A stretch of DNA of 64,000 nt from Isurus oxyrinchus (GCA_026770705.1 JANJGN010000035.1:9610001-9674000), one strand, 5' to 3'; numbered from the stretch's first letter, positions 26,540 to 40,406 are shown. A program made the numbers and translations. Notes: generated by a model not told the origin, from the letters alone.

Positions 26540-26900
26540 CAACTGCTGTAAATTCATGGAACAACATCTACAGTTAGATGTTATGTTCTGTGTTTTACAA
26601 AAACTGGCATGTAGACTGGTCCAACGTTCTGCTTCTTACCAAGAACGCAGGGACGTTATGTTTTGCCAGATCTGGCAGTCTTTTGGATGTATATCCTGCG
26701 GACCTGGCATCGCAGTGAGACTACAATTCAAATCCCACATTCCCACGTTTGTGTGGTACACAGAACGTCTCTTTTATGGATTCGTGGAGGGATTCTGTCA
26801 GTGCAAAATACAAACTGTGTTACAATTCTCTGGTAGCTGCATCAATCGGATAGCTTTACGTTACTTTGAAAACTGTATAGTAATGTCGAAAATATGATTC
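26540..26900 (+). pseudogene. FIIND-like domain copy 2 (N-terminal part), truncated by CR1
   Basis: atttttcag| acceptor; MEQHLQLDVMF resembles IDRHLPVETIY of copy 1; LLTKNAGTLCFARSGSLLDV has the AG-x7-G register of the FIIND start; WRDSV..KLCY resembles IRDPL..MICY. Confidence 0.4.
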
Positions 26901-26949
26901 TTAAATCCAAAAATACCAATTCTATGCATCTAAGGGGCAAAGTGGTTCA

Positions 26950-28865
26950 AGTATAATGTGATTTTGTATTGAAAAAAATCATGGCAGACAATTAATGACC
27001 TTAATTCAGAGAATACGTGTGCAATTTACAACAAACAAATTATACATAAACTTCAAGCACAGAAGGTCGACAGTGCAATTAAAAAATTCCAGCATTGTTA
27101 TAGGGGCGTGAATGCGATTGAATAAGGTAAAGAATTTGATGGCCAATTAGAGCCAAAAGCTAGTGCCATGTGAAATAATGACGGGGACTGGAGCAATGGC
27201 AGAGGCATTAAACAAAAACGGTACATCTGCCTTCATGAAAGTGGACACAAAATAAAAATCAAGAAAGAATAAGAAACCATGGATCGACTGAGGACAAGCA
27301 TGAAATAAATCGGTAAAAGTACAGTAATATTGCGGAACCAATAAAAGTGATTAATCGCTGACAGATCCCTTGAACGTGTCAGCACGCATTCTTAATTTTT
27401 TAAATAGGTTGGTGCCGATATGGTTGGTGCATAGTATTTTGACATTCCAAACGTTCCAATATTCCACAATGTTTCCCAAGTATTGAAAGATGACAAACAT
27501 GACATTGCTAATTAAGAAGATTAGGAGAGAAAGTGAGAGTCTAGACGAGAGTCTATGAGAGTTAATGCTCATTACTCAAACTGTTAGTATCCATCAATGG
27601 AAAGCATATATGAAAAAAGCACAGTCATTATATGATATTCAGTGTCAGCAATGACTTTGCCAAGAAAATTGCGTTTGACAAATGTAGGTTGATGAAGTAA
27701 CCATTGAATGGAGAAATAGGAACAAAATGGAACCATTGAATGGAGAAATGGGAATGGTGAAATGGAGAAATGTAGCACATTTCGATATTTTTTCGAAAGG
27801 CACAAAGAGTGTTGTTCCAAACAAGAGACCATTGAAATACAATTATGATTCCAGGCTTTGGGATAAGTTTTGATGGTTGAAAATTACTTAATGGAAAAAA
27901 AACAGAAAAAATATCTGGAGTACTATCTGGATCCCATCAATTAAAAACTGTTTATCAAAATGATGACTTGGTCATTAGCAATTCTCAAACGATATTAAAG
28001 CTTAAATGAGGGGATTTATTGCAATATATGCAGGGGTACTGTCAAATGTGGCAGAGTAAATAGGGAGAAGGGTGCAAAGAGACAGCAGAGAAATACACAG
28101 AGATGAATAGACATGGCAGATAGAACACAATGTGAAAGAAAAATGATGTCTATCACTTATGCGAAAATGAAGAAATACAACATGTTTTTGACTGGATAAA
28201 CGTAGGACAGTTTTCGAACTACGAGGGCTAGTGATTCCTGATGCATAATCACGTAAAGATAACACGAAAACAAATTAAGCAATTAAGAATTCAACCTTTA
28301 CAGTGAGTTTCACATAAGTGGATTGCGTTATAGAGTTCAGCAGAGTTCAGCGAATGTTAAGTAGACTGGTTCAAAAACTAGGGGATTTCACTTAAGCTGC
28401 GTAGTTGATGTTCTAGGCTTACGATGCCCAGAATTTCGAAAAATTAAAGATGATCTAGTTGAACATTTTACAGTTCTCAAGGGACTTGACCGGTTTGATG
28501 CTCCAGAACCATTCTCCCTGATTGGAAAATGTAGGACACAGAGTCACCCTCGCAGTATAAATTTCGAGACATTGAGGAATGCGTTGATGAGAACTTTCTT
28601 TCCTCACAATGCAAGGGGTTGTGAATCTTTGACATTAGCTTTACTGAGATGTGTGTGACCTTTTGCAGACCTGGAGAGCTGCCCTCTGTGGATTCCCAGT
28701 CTTGGAAAATATTGTGCCGATTTTCACCCTTGTGTAATAAGAAAAAATTAAGGCAAATGGAGAAGATACAGGAATGTGAAGTAAAGGTTGAAGACATGTC
28801 ATGATTTTGTTCAGTAACAGAGGTGGCCAAATGGCCCACTTCAGCTCTTAAAATGTATCTTATTA
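26950..28865 (+). mobile_element. Old CR1 LINE, RT to 3' tail
   Basis: MAEALNK..SAF; W..N...LIKK..; CR1 tail gccaaatggcccacttcagctc. Confidence 0.75.
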
Positions 28866-28989
28866 AGTGAAGCAAGAAAATTGAGCCAGCAAATGCTATT
28901 TGTGTGGAAAAGAAAACGGTGGAATCAGTGGCAACAAGCGCCATGCAAGAAACAAATAATGTAAAACTGGAAATACACATTCTGATTAT

Positions 28990-30050
28990 TCCAGAATGAG
29001 TTCAGAAGGTTGAGAAGCCCCTAACAAATTATTTAAGCTACCTTGGAACACTGCAGATGGCAGTATATGTGACAGTGCTACGGAAAATTGTTATTACATG
29101 CGACTCGAAGCTCAGTGATCATGTTGCGAGCTAAATGAAAGTGCTCACTAAAATATTACGTAATCTCCTTGTTGCAAAGGAAAATAAATTCACTGCGAAC
29201 AGAGGATTCAGCTACTAAATGAAATGACACTTTAGGCGAGCGTGCTTTCGGACTTGGACACTGGGAAAAGTATATGGCAGATGCAACATCTGCTGACCTT
29301 TCACAGCACAATCTTGTGGGAAGTGGAATTTGTGTTCGGGGTGGGAAAGGAGGAGGGACAAGAGTTTCTAAAAGAAATGGCCACATTTGAATGATGAAAT
29401 GAATAGCAAAATGGCGATTGCTTGATACCATCATCATGTGTGAGCTAACCAAAATGACTATAGATGATGCGCTGAAAGTAAATGCTGCATGTGTATAAGG
29501 ACAGAGTAACAATAATTCTTTGTGCATTTGTGGAAGTGTTGTGGTGTTTTGAGGAAGTAGTGTGGTAATTTGAATGGGCATGGCAGACGGCACCATAAAA
29601 ACTGTTATGGAAAACTTGGGCAGTTGACAAATAAATATAAGTGATACGCACTTGATGATCTGTTGTATAGACAGGACAATGACGGAAATCGTAAAATGGG
29701 GAAATGGAACAGGGCCTTAGAGGAGGCACAGTGTATGGAAATCCAGTCAAAATATATGCAGGAATTAATGGGTGTAGTACGCATATTGATAGATAGCCTG
29801 TCTTAAGGCATGGGAAGGGAAAAATCAATGAACACAAGATATATGTCAGATATCGACCACAAGCCAACTATTCTACTGAGAGGCAACCATAGTTGGATTG
29901 ATGATACATTCAAAATTTATTCATCCTGGATGCTGTTCTGCGTATTTTCTGGATGATCGGGTGGAACCTTAGCATGAATGCAGAGAGAAGGATGCATCAG
30001 AGAAATCCGTCATCGGCTTTATAGTGGAGGGAAGACAGGCTTTGCCCCAA
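28990..30050 (-). mobile_element. Decayed Penelope-like RT fragment
   Basis: Frames of ORFs 29156-29596 and 29445-29867 align patchily with PLE RT (TTTL..L..N.F.FN.T..LQ..; F.HP.L.FT...LPFL). Confidence 0.45.
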
Positions 30051-30289
30051 TTTTATGGCGCTAGGTGTGGTATTGTATGTGTGTATGTCCAATGAGAATG
30101 TAAGTCACTGAGTGAATTGCTCAATGTTTTTGGAGGGGTGACATGGCGAGTAGGTGAAAAAGTCCAGGGGTAGGGTGGAAGGGTGCAAAAGTATGTGAAG
30201 TAAGTGGTTAGGTAACCAATTAATCTTAGGTAGTCTGCACAATTCAAATTTTAAAAAATATATATATTGTTTTGCATCTCACGTAAATT

Positions 30290-31020
30290 AGATGTGTGCT
30301 ATTTTATTTTAACTAATGGTGTGAAGCCCAGTATGTAGGCCGTGCAGTCAAACAACTCATGAATTATATCAAACAGCACGCCCCTACGGCTATTTGTATT
30401 AGTACATGTTAAGTACTGACCGCATTACGCTAACCTGCACTAACAAAATTCAAAGCACAGATGTCAACATGAAGAATCATCTGCGATTGGATAAAAATGT
30501 TAAACAATCTTGATTGGACTAAAAATTTCACTGAAAACCGCTTTAAGTTTATCAGTCGTATTTTCAATATGGCTCATATCTGCATGATATTTGGGCATAT
30601 ATTCACGCATAGAGACGTTCCATTTGAAGACAGAACGACCATGTCTATTCATGACGCCTTTTCCAACTAAATAAAAGCTTTGATGGGGTGTGGTGAGGTG
30701 GTAGTCCTGAGTTCATTCCTCATGGCAATGCCCTGACCAATCAAAGTCGAACTGCCTGCTCAGAATTTGAAACAAAATCTTTTGGTTGATGGTTAACTGT
30801 TCTGTGCAGTGTTCATCATTCCAATGCCTCTAACGATCAGATTCACCTTGACAACTAATCAGCAGTTTCTTTTATTGCAGCAGGATTTGTTGCATCCTTC
30901 TCTGTTGGATTATCCTGTGTAGCTGTTGCGATGAGTGCAGGATCAAAATATTAAATATGTTGTAGTCTTTTCAGCCTTACTGAAAAAGCTGTCATACCAA
31001 ACAACAATTTTACTAGTTAT
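30290..31020 (+). mobile_element. Penelope-like element (Poseidon-type) GIY-YIG end plus pLTR
   Basis: CEAQYVGRAVKQLMNYIKQHAP; same 3' sequence as 55370-55665. Confidence 0.7.
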
Positions 31021-31547
31021 GTGCCTATACAACTCATTTTGATTTCCCTTTATGTAACCTGGCACTCTTTTCTCATACTCTCTTTTTGCCTTTTTTATTT
31101 GTATTTTTTTAACAGTTTGCATTTGAAGGTTCTGAATTGAGCCATCTTCTCAATTGTATAGTCCACTGGACACCTTTCATATGCCTCTGTATTTTTTGCA
31201 CCATATTAACCACCAACTCAGTTACCGCACTATGGATTCACCTTCATGCATAGTAGCCCAAATTTGGACATTAATATATCCCCTTTTAATAAGGCTGCGA
31301 CTACTGCATTAAAATTTTCTATTCTATTTCCATGTACCTCTTGCAGTATCCTGTGCACTTGTTGCTCCTCTCTGATGTTACACAATGTTTCTCGCAAAGC
31401 CGCAAATTAACTTCGGAAATGGATGAAATTATTGTCGAAATCATTCATTCTGCGGAGATACAAAACAAGAAGGCTAATTTTAAAAATATACATATTATTT
31501 AGCTTGCATCCACGTTGAATAGTGTACAACGAGGGTTGGATTTTCAG

Positions 31548-31694
31548 GAAAAAGTTGGAGCCCTGTAAATGAGTTTTGTAGCCATCTTTGTTCATATATG
31601 AGAATCCATAAAAAATGCAGTTTGACAAGGTGCAAGAGACAAACTGAAATCCCGAAGGACAGAAAAACATCAATTACTAAGAATGGGCATTCCT
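31548..31694 (+). pseudogene. CARD2 first-half exon remnant
   Basis: ttttcag|; KSWSPVNEF / ESIKNAV*QGARDKLKSRRTEK; donor gcgaga (GT>GC). Confidence 0.4.
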
Positions 31695-31764
31695 GCGAGA
31701 GAATTTTCATGGAATTGAATGCGAATAAAAATATAAAAGACCAAGTTCTAGTCATACAATTGAA

Positions 31765-32160
31765 ATACAAATGTTCCTGCACAGGAAGAGGCCATTTGGC
31801 CCATCGTGGCTGCGCCAACCAAAGAGGAGGCATGCAAACGAATCACATGTTTGTTCCTAGCCCTACAGCTTACGCCAATTGAGACACATAGGCAAACACC
31901 CATAAAATGAGCTGAAGACTTCTGCCGCGATCGCCCAGTCAGACAGAGAGATCTGGACCACCCGAGTCCTATGGGGAATAGAAGAGAATCCTAATATTCC
32001 CTCCAATATTTGTACCCTTAATTTTATAGCTATTCCCCCTGCTCGGCGACATGCTTGCTAAATTGAAAAGGCCAATCCCATCCACTTTCTCTTTGCTGCT
32101 CACAATTTTATACCTTTCAACGAAATCTCCCGTCAGCCTCCTCTCTCTCAAGGTTCATCC
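31765..32160 (-). mobile_element. CR1 3' end
   Basis: ERRLTGDFVERYKIV..VDGIGLF..SRGNSYKIKG; tail aggccatttggccc. Confidence 0.8.
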
Positions 32161-32523
32161 CTTTCCGCCCGCCTGAACCATGCTCATACTTTTAACAAAC
32201 ATCTCTTTAGGTGTCCTAACATATCGTCATGATTCTCAGTCACAGGTTTCCCTAATTAATCAGAATATAATTATTACGATTTATGACGCAAAATAAAATA
32301 CATATCATCTTGTTCTGTTGCTGTTGAAACTGAGTGTTTCTCATTTTTGCAATAGTGGACTTTAGTATTCAGAAAAGTATCATCGTTTTTTTTTAATTTA
32401 TTAACTCAAATTCTGAGGAGAAGTTTTGATCGTCTGACGAAGATAATGACAACACAAAGCATGTTCTTCTATTATTGAGCGCATTACTTGACTCATTGCC
32501 GATGCAAAATATTTTTCTTTCAG

Positions 32524-32695
32524 AGAATGACAAGCATAGCTGAAATCCATTCAAAGAACGAAGCTTCCAAGGTCACTTTGGATATTCTGCTGGAAAATAA
32601 CGCTACAAAAGACAGAGTCATGTGGAACATTCTGTTTGAACTGCAGAAAACCAAACCCAAACTGAAAGACGCCTTGCTGGATATAAGGAGCACAG
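32524..32695 (+). pseudogene. CARD2 second-half exon (open frame, intact splice sites)
   Basis: ttttctttcag|RMTSIAEIHSKNEASKVTLDILLENNATKDRVMWNILFELQKTKPKLKDALLDIRST(G)|gtacgt, 172 bp, phase 0 to 1. Confidence 0.8.
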
Positions 32696-33049
32696 GTACG
32701 TTGGCAGATTTTTTTTAAAGAAAGTATTTGGGTGTATATTTCATTGGTCATTAGATGTCTGACTGTGGGGAAACGGTGTCGTGGCGCAAGCCCAAATTGT
32801 TCACACTGCAACCTGATATTAAAAAGGGCAACTGGCCTAGCACCAGGACAATAGGTTTGGTGCAGTGTGATGATGAATGATCCTCTTAAAAAGGAACAGA
32901 TTTTGTTTCACGGGCGTTTCTTTTTTTATTTTTTTCCCAAGGGTGCATGGGAATCATGTTGCCTACCAGAGATAAGCAGGTTTTGAACTAAACGGCAGTC
33001 AGCTCTTTCTAAATATTCGGACAGGCTGAATCTGAGCTTGTCTCGGCAG

Positions 33050-33700
33050 TGAGCTTGAAACAATGCTGGATTCACTCTGTCAGTTCGGAGAAGAAAACAA
33101 GTCCCTTACTGGCATTGAGAGCAATCTCAGAGTTGGCATTAAAATGTGTGAACACGACCTTGAAAAGGGCCTGTGGGTGGAATGTGGGTGGGGCGAAATG
33201 TATAGTTGAACGGGACGGCAGGGCAGCAAGGTATACTGTAGAAGGAGCACACAGAGCACTCAAACATCTGAAGAAATGGTCAGGAGAAAAATCAGTGCAT
33301 CTGCCAGAAGCAAGGGGCAACGGCAGCCCTTGAGAAAGAAACAACCTAAAATTCGGGAAACGAAGGTGATGCAGCAGGAAGAATCACAGGCACTAGAAAG
33401 GTTTTCCCATAGTATTTCTACCGATCGAGGGCCAACCCTCTTTAATTGTCCGAGCCACAGATTCATCTACAACTCTATATCTCCCGGGATACCATTACAG
33501 ATCTGGGTGTGATATTGGAGGACAAACGGAATGCGACTAAAGGCGGGTATTGGCCATTGCTTGAGAACCTGAAGATGAAAGCAGCTTTGCATTTTTACAT
33601 ATTATCCACTGGAGGTATGCATTGGACCACACGGTTTGCAGTGTTAGCTGCATCAACATGGGCACCACCGACTAAAGGATCAAATTTTGGAAGATGTGGT
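33050..33700 (+). mobile_element. L1-type ORF1 remnant
   Basis: ERNNLKFG (RRNNLRIxG) at ~33335 and IVRA/HR (IERAHR) at ~33445. Confidence 0.4.
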
Positions 33701-33739
33701 AAACCAAAGATAGCACTAATAAATGCATTATTACGGCAA

Positions 33740-34785
33740 ATGAAAATTAGAATGCGACAGGAAGGAACTGGTAGTAATGCTCCAAGAATGCTCCATCTCT
33801 GGAAAATTCCGAGAGGATCGGGAAACTGACCATGCAATGTAACACCCTTATTCTAAAAGGAAGGAAGATAAAAACATGGAACCAAAGGCGAATTAGATTA
33901 ACATCTGCCATTTCAAAAAAGTTAGTCTTTGTTATAAAGTTTACAATAGCAAAATATTAATAAATGCAAAATAATATCAAGCAACGTCAGCATGGCTTCA
34001 TGAAAGGGAAATCACATCAGGCAAAGTTGTTAGAATCCATTGAGGGGTCACAAGAAGCATAGATAAAGGGGAACCAGTAGATGTAAAAATTTGGATTTCC
34101 AAAAGGCTTTTGATAAGGTACCAGACATAAGGCTATGTAATATTATAATAGCCCATTGTGTTGCTGGTATTATATGAGCACTGGTAGAGATATGAGACAG
34201 AGAGTTGGGATAAACAGCGCTTTTCATGCTGGCAAACAGTACGTATGGAGTGTCACAGGGATCAGTGCTTTGACCACAATTATTTAGAATATATATTAGC
34301 GACTACATTTCCGGAAACAAAAAAAAAAGGAATGGAGGCTCACATAAATAGCCTACAGGGGGATAGAGAGATTTTAAGTGATTGAGCAAAATCCTGGCAG
34401 GTGGAATATAATGTGGGAAAACGTGAGGTTTGTAGTTTAGCTGTAACAATCGACGGGCAGAATATTAAATAAATGGAGAAAGGCTGTAGAATGTTGCAAC
34501 ACAGAAGGATTTGAGCTCCTCGTGCATGAACCACAAAAGGCTAGTATGAAAGTTCAGCAGGTAATAGGGAAGGCAGATCGAATATTGGAATTCATTTCAA
34601 AGGGAATGTAATAAGGAAATGGGGAAGTCTTGCTGAACTATACAGTTCATTAGTTAAACCACACCTAGGATACTGTGAACAGTTTTGGTCCACTTATCTA
34701 AGGAAAGATGTGCTGCCATTGCAAGCAGTCAAGACAATGTCCCTAAGTTTGTTCTTTTTTATATAGGGATTTTCTTATGAGGAGC
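33740..34785 (+). mobile_element. CR1 RT fragment
   Basis: NVTPLF*K; QHGFMKGKS; LDFQKAFDKVPD; GVSQGSVL; KPHLGYCEQFWSTYLRKD. Confidence 0.9.
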
Positions 34786-34789
34786 TGCA

Positions 34790-36262
34790 CTCATCCAAGG
34801 AAGTGGACGGAATTTCATCAAGCGCTGACTTGTGTCTTGTAGACGCTGGACAGGCTTTGGGGATTCAGGAGGTGAGTAACTCTTCAGGCGATTCCTACCC
34901 TCTCACCTGCCCTTGTAGCAGCGGCATTTATATGGTTAGCCCAGAACATTTCTTGGTAAATGTTCAACACCCGGGAGTTCACTGGTGGAAATGAGATTGA
35001 ACATCAAAGATTTCTTTTTGGAATCTCTCTTGTTCGAGATGATTATTGCCTGACACGTGCCTGGCGTGAATGATACTTGCCACTTTTGAGGCGAAGCTGG
35101 ATATTGCCTGGTCTTTATGCATTTGGATATAGACTACACTAGCATCTGAGGAGTCGGGAATGGTGCTCGACTTTGTGCAATTATCAGCGAACGTCTCCAC
35201 TTCAGACTTTATGATGAAAGGAAGTTAATTTTTGAAGCAGCTGAAGATGTTTGGACCCAGGACACTACCCTGAGTCACTCCTGAAGTGATGTCCTGGAGC
35301 TGAGATAAATGATCTCGAACAACCAGAACCATCGCTATATTTGCCAGGTATGAATCCAAACACTGAAGAGCTTCCCCTTGATTCCCATTGGCTTCAGTTT
35401 TACTAGGGCTTCGTGATGCCACACTCGGCCAAATTCTGCTGTGATGTCAAATGAGTAACTTTCACTTGACCTCCGAAGTTCAGCTCAATGTCAAGTGAAT
35501 GATTCTCACCTCACCTTAGGAGCTATTGTCCATGTATGAATCAAGACTGTAATGAGGTCAGGAGCTGAATGGCCCTGGGGGATAATAAAACTGGGCATCA
35601 GTGAGCAGGTTATTGCTAAGCTAGTGCCGCATAACAGCCCTGCTGATGACCCCTTTCATTAATTTACTGATGATAGAAAGTAGACTGATGGGGTGGTAAT
35701 TGGCCAGATTGGAATTGTCCTGCTTTTTTTGTGTAGAGGACATAACTGGACAATTTTCCACATAGCGGGATAGATGCCATTTTGAAGCTGTGCTGGAACA
35801 GTTTGGCTAGGGGCGTGGCAAGTTCTGGAGCACAGATCTTCACTACTATTGTGGGAATATTGCGTGGGCTCACAGATTTTGCAATATTCAATTCCTTCAG
35901 CTGTTCCTTGCAATCACTTAAAGTGAGTCAAATTGGTTGAAAAAGGGCATCTGTAATGCTGGTGACATCCGGAGGAGAGCGAGATGGATCATCCTCTTGA
36001 CAATTCTCGACGAAGATTGTTAGAAATGTTTCAGCCTTATATTTTGGAGTGCCGTGCTGGGGCCCTCCATCATTGCGGATGTGGATAATTGCGGAGCCTT
36101 CTCCGTAGTGAGTTGCTAATTGTCCACGACCATTCACGACTGCATGTGTTAGGAATGCAGAGCTTACATCTGATGCTTTGTTTGCGGGATCGTTTAGCTC
36201 TATCTACGACTTGCTGCTTATGCAGTTGGCACGCAAATAACCCTGTGTTATAACATCACCAG
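34790..36262 (-). mobile_element. LINE family A RT fragment
   Basis: ICAPELATPLAKLFQHS; GVTQGSVLGPNIFSCF; TFADNCT. Confidence 0.9.
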
Positions 36263-37130
36263 GGCTAGAAGATTAGACAGTGTGTAAGGAACAGCAAAGG
36301 AAAACTAAGTCTAATAAGGAGGGAAAATTTGGGGTTTGGGAGAATTCTAGCTACAAATATTAAAACAGAGCATTTATAAATATTTTAAAATAAAATAGTT
36401 AACGAAGTGAACGTTGCCCCGATAGCAAGTGGATATGGAGAATTGATAATGGAAATCAAGGACATGGCATATGAATTGAGCAGGTATTTTGCATCACTTT
36501 TTGCTATAGACTATACATGTAACTCCCAGGAACCAGTTATAAACCAGGACATGGAAGCGGGAAAGGCAATCGGGAAAATTTCAGTTACCAAAGATGTGCT
36601 GAGTAAATTGTTGGGGCTACCGACTGACAAGAGCCCGGGTCCTGATGGGCATTTTTCTAGGGTTCTAAAAGAGGTGTCTAGTCACGTAGTTCATACTTTT
36701 GTTTCAATTTTCCAAAACTCGCTGCATTCAGTGTAAGTCCCAAAAGATTCGAAAATAATAAATGAAACTCCATTAGTCAAAAAGGGAAGGAGACAGAAAG
36801 CAGCAAGCTACAGGCCACTCAGCTTAATATCTTCCGTAGGGAAAATTTTAGAAGCTATTATTAAAGTGGTTATATCACGGCACTTGAATAAGCTCAAGGT
36901 TATAAGGCAGATTCAGCGCGCTGTTGTACAGGGGAAATTGTATTGTGCTTCTTTGAGGAAGTGACATGTGCTGTTGATAAAGGGGAACCTCTTGATGCAA
37001 GGGGGTGAAAGGTTATCGGCGGTTGGTGGGTGTCAGATATCAAATGACAATTAGATCAGCCATGACCTTATTAAATGGCGGAGCAAGCTTGACTTTATGA
37101 ATGACCTACTCATGCTCATTGTTCGCATAA
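36263..37130 (+). mobile_element. CR1 with internal deletion (RT start joined to the 3' tail)
   Basis: ELSRYFASLF..DKSPGPDGHFSRVLKEV; after VDKGEPLD it jumps to the tail gatcagccatgaccttattaaatggcggagca. Confidence 0.8.
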
Positions 37131-37134
37131 AAGT

Positions 37135-37460
37135 ATCTGGTGCCAGTAAAGGCTTTCCAGTGAATGCTTGTGCTTATATCACGATGCTGACAGATGATTT
37201 GTAAGGGTCATAATATTGGGATTTTTCATTAGATCCCCGCTGGTGCAGAGTATCTACATATGAGAACTTCATGTCTCCCATTATCCAGGATGCAGCCATC
37301 ATAAACAGGAAGAGATTCCACTCAATGCATCTGTTCCTCACCTGCGACCACCAAAATGGTTCTTGTAAGTTTGTGCACTTTTGTGAAACCACCACAATGA
37401 GTACTCACTACCGAGCTTCTGATGCTATAGCTTGTCAGCCTCGCTGCCCAATGCAACACC
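37135..37460 (+). mobile_element. PIF/Harbinger transposase remnant
   Basis: IINRKRFHSMHLFLTCDHQ (HARBI1-family FINRKGFHSLNVQLVCDH); upstream CAYITMLTDDL. Confidence 0.7.
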
Positions 37461-38384
37461 CCACCACCGCCCCCCCCCCCCCCCCCCCCAACCTATTTAA
37501 GCCTTGATAGTGCACAGCAGGGGTAGTGGTCACATAAAACGTGACTACTAACGTCTATGAGGAGCTTATCACTGACATAGAGAAGCGTTGCAACACCTGT
37601 TACTGGCAAGGTGTCAGGCCATAGAGCAGACCACAGGACTTCTGCAGATGCAATTCGGCTGTTGATTGGATCTGTTAGAGCCCTTCATTACGCCTCTGCT
37701 GCTATCTTGGATGACAGTAAGATTTTTGCTACGCTCTAAGCACCCTACAGAGGAGCTAACTGTTTTACAATGAAAATATTCGGAGGGTAATGCCTCCACT
37801 GTTTGGAGAAATGAAGAAATATATGAACGAGAATCGCTTGCAGAAGGACCTCAGGGGAAGTTACAATGACTGATATGATATGTGCATTTGACCTTCAGGG
37901 TGCACTAATAGAAACCAGCTTCACAGCAAACTTAATAGAGCATCTGTGAATTTCAATACACTTTCAGCACCTTGCTCTCTAGCATGCGGAAAGCGTTAGT
38001 CACTGTAAGTAGGAGCACATAAGCTTGATCTTATCAGATCTTACTCTTCAGAGCAATGGAAAATGCACATTAAAAATAATAATTTGCTGTTGGATGACAT
38101 GTATTCCGGATCCACCTTGTTCTTAAAGGTTAATTTTATAAGCAGATCTTTCAGAAGAACGTTGTGTAATTTTGGAAAAAATGCACAGCAAATGTGTGAC
38201 TTTGCCTCCGGCTTTTAGGCGATTTAATGAACCTGATATTGTAATTAAAGGGCAGTGTTTTATTCCATTTTCAGCTGCAAATTAGGCAAGTGGAATTGGC
38301 CTTCCAATGAGATCCAGGCCATTAGGGACTCAAGTTAAAAATCATTATGCAAACAAAGTGCATTTTAAATACATATCTTGTCAA

Positions 38385-38556
38385 CAACAAAAAAGTTGAT
38401 ATAAGCTCAAATAGTCATTGAATTATGATATCGATGCATTACTTGTGCTAGCAACGTTATTGGCTAATAACGAGTCGTGGTGCCTGGCCGGAGAAATTAC
38501 AGATGATGGGCGATTTGTTCAAAATGGAGATGTTCATGTCCGAGAGAAATTCACAA
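38385..38556 (+). pseudogene. CARD3 first-half exon remnant
   Basis: KS*YKLK*SLNYDIDALLVLAT / YWLITSRGAWPEKLQMMGDLFKMEMFMSERNSQ|gt; the KS(W/*) start is shared with 31548. Confidence 0.5.
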
Positions 38557-40118
38557 GTTACACAAGGTTACAAAAGTCTCAAATGTTCGTAATTATGTGT
38601 TTCCGCTGTTGACCTCTCATTTGAATAAATATGTTCGCACCCCAATAAATTTAAAGAAAAAGACTAGTACGCAAGTGACGGCCAATTCGAAATAGCGCTC
38701 CCCTTGTGATTTGGAAAGGCGTTGCCTTGGTTGGCAAGGCAACCTGGTACGCGGCTCGGCTACTCTATTCACTACTCTGCCTTTCACATTACGGCCAAAG
38801 GAATGAGGGGCGATTGGAAAGGGAATCCTAAGGAGCTGTTGTTGTAAACTCCCTGTACCCTTGCCCAGCATTTCAATAAGAGTAGAATAATACTCAGAAA
38901 ATTGGCAAAATGGATTCAGATAAATCACAACAAGGTCCTGATCAAACCCAGAAAGTTAAAAGAAAACAAGATTGTGAACGGAAATGACAGAAGGGAAAAG
39001 AAAAAAACAACGGGCGTTTGAATGTTACGAGTGACTGAAGCATTGAGTTTGAGATTTGCTTTTAAATTTTGGGCAGAATACACGCTTATGGCAGAAATCT
39101 AGATCTTAGCGCAAATTCAAGATAGTTCCAACCGTCTACGGGTGACGCGCAAAGTACGGCAGACTGAAAAATAATGTGATTTACAGCAGAATATCGAGGC
39201 ACTGAAAAAAGTTGCTGGAGAGTAAAGAGAGAAATGAATAACATTGATATTGGTGACAGTCAAATATTTGTTTCAAATGCATTGTGTGCTACATTCAGTT
39301 TCAGTTTGTCTCAGGAAACAAACAAAAAGAAAAACACTCACAAGCAAATAAAACCTAATTTAAAGCCCGGTATTTATAAAGTACCTGAGCTCCAAACTTT
39401 ATACGCAACTATTTTTCTATTATTTTAGAGTTGGCGTTGGTATTTTTTTGTTGATGTCGTTGTTTTCTTGGGTATCAAGGAAATGGAGTTAAATTGACTC
39501 CGCTACTGAAAATATCAGCCTTCTTTATCGTTAATCTGTTTCTCATCGTATTTCTGAAATTTTAATTCACGGGATTATTGATAAAAGGAACAAGAATTGG
39601 CGATCTGGTCAGCTCGTAAAATTTCCATTTTATCCTATGGATACATTTAACCTAAAGCTCTTGTAGACAAACAAATAAAAAATTGCAATCACTTCCCATA
39701 TATAACAACGAAACTCGTTCTTAACTATACTTTGAGAAGGCCAAATTGGCTCCAAGTGGCACTAAGTTAACCCTAGTAAAACGATTTTCAGAGATGCTTT
39801 CGACTGTGTCAGTAGTTCATTTTATGTCCTTGTTTCGTGTATTTGAATCAGTCGTTCTTAATTAAAAAGTAAATTAGAAACCCTGTGTCTCGCAATGCAC
39901 ATCGCTAGAAACCGAATGCAATTTGGAGCCCCGTCCTGACTTGCTAATTAACACAGAAAATAAAAACAGTCAGACTTTCTCAGGAGTCCAGCATGTAGGC
40001 TAATATAGTCACTGGGATGAATGATTGATTTATATACTGCATCAACATTTGGTATAATTAATTTTAATTATTTTAAGATAATGTTTTCGACTGCCCAAAA
40101 TACATTTTATATTTACAG

Positions 40119-40307
40119 TGTTCGACAATACAGCAATACTGCAAGAACAACACAGAACTCTCCTCAGCTCATTCATGGCTGCATTTATTCTCGGAGCAGT
40201 ATTTGAAGTCGTCGCGATAATTTGTTTGCTAAAGCACAGCAAATTGTACTTCCGCCCAATTGAACAAAACAAAGCCAATGGTGTTTTCTGCACTAAATAT
40301 TCTAGAG
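40119..40307 (+). pseudogene. CARD3 second-half exon remnant
   Basis: tttacag|VRQYSNTARTTQNSPQLIHGCIYSRS / QLNKTKPMVFSALNILE|gtacaa; QLNKTKP resembles ELQKTKP of 32524. Confidence 0.55.
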
Positions 40308-40334
40308 GTACAATTTTAAACACATAATCTATGA

Positions 40335-40406
40335 GAAAGAAAGAAAGAAAGAAGGAAATAAAGAAAGAAAGAAAGAAAGTAGAAAAGAAAGGAAGGAAGG
40401 AAGAAA
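40335..40406 (+). repeat. (GAAA/GGAA)n purine microsatellite
   Basis: gaaagaaagaaagaaagaaggaaataaagaaagaaagaaagaaag... Confidence 0.9.

Noticed and set aside
27699-27772. Short repeats (aaccattgaatggagaaat) with spacer-like gaps
   Set aside because: Local tandem duplication inside a CR1; only two to three units, no cas genes, eukaryotic context, so not CRISPR
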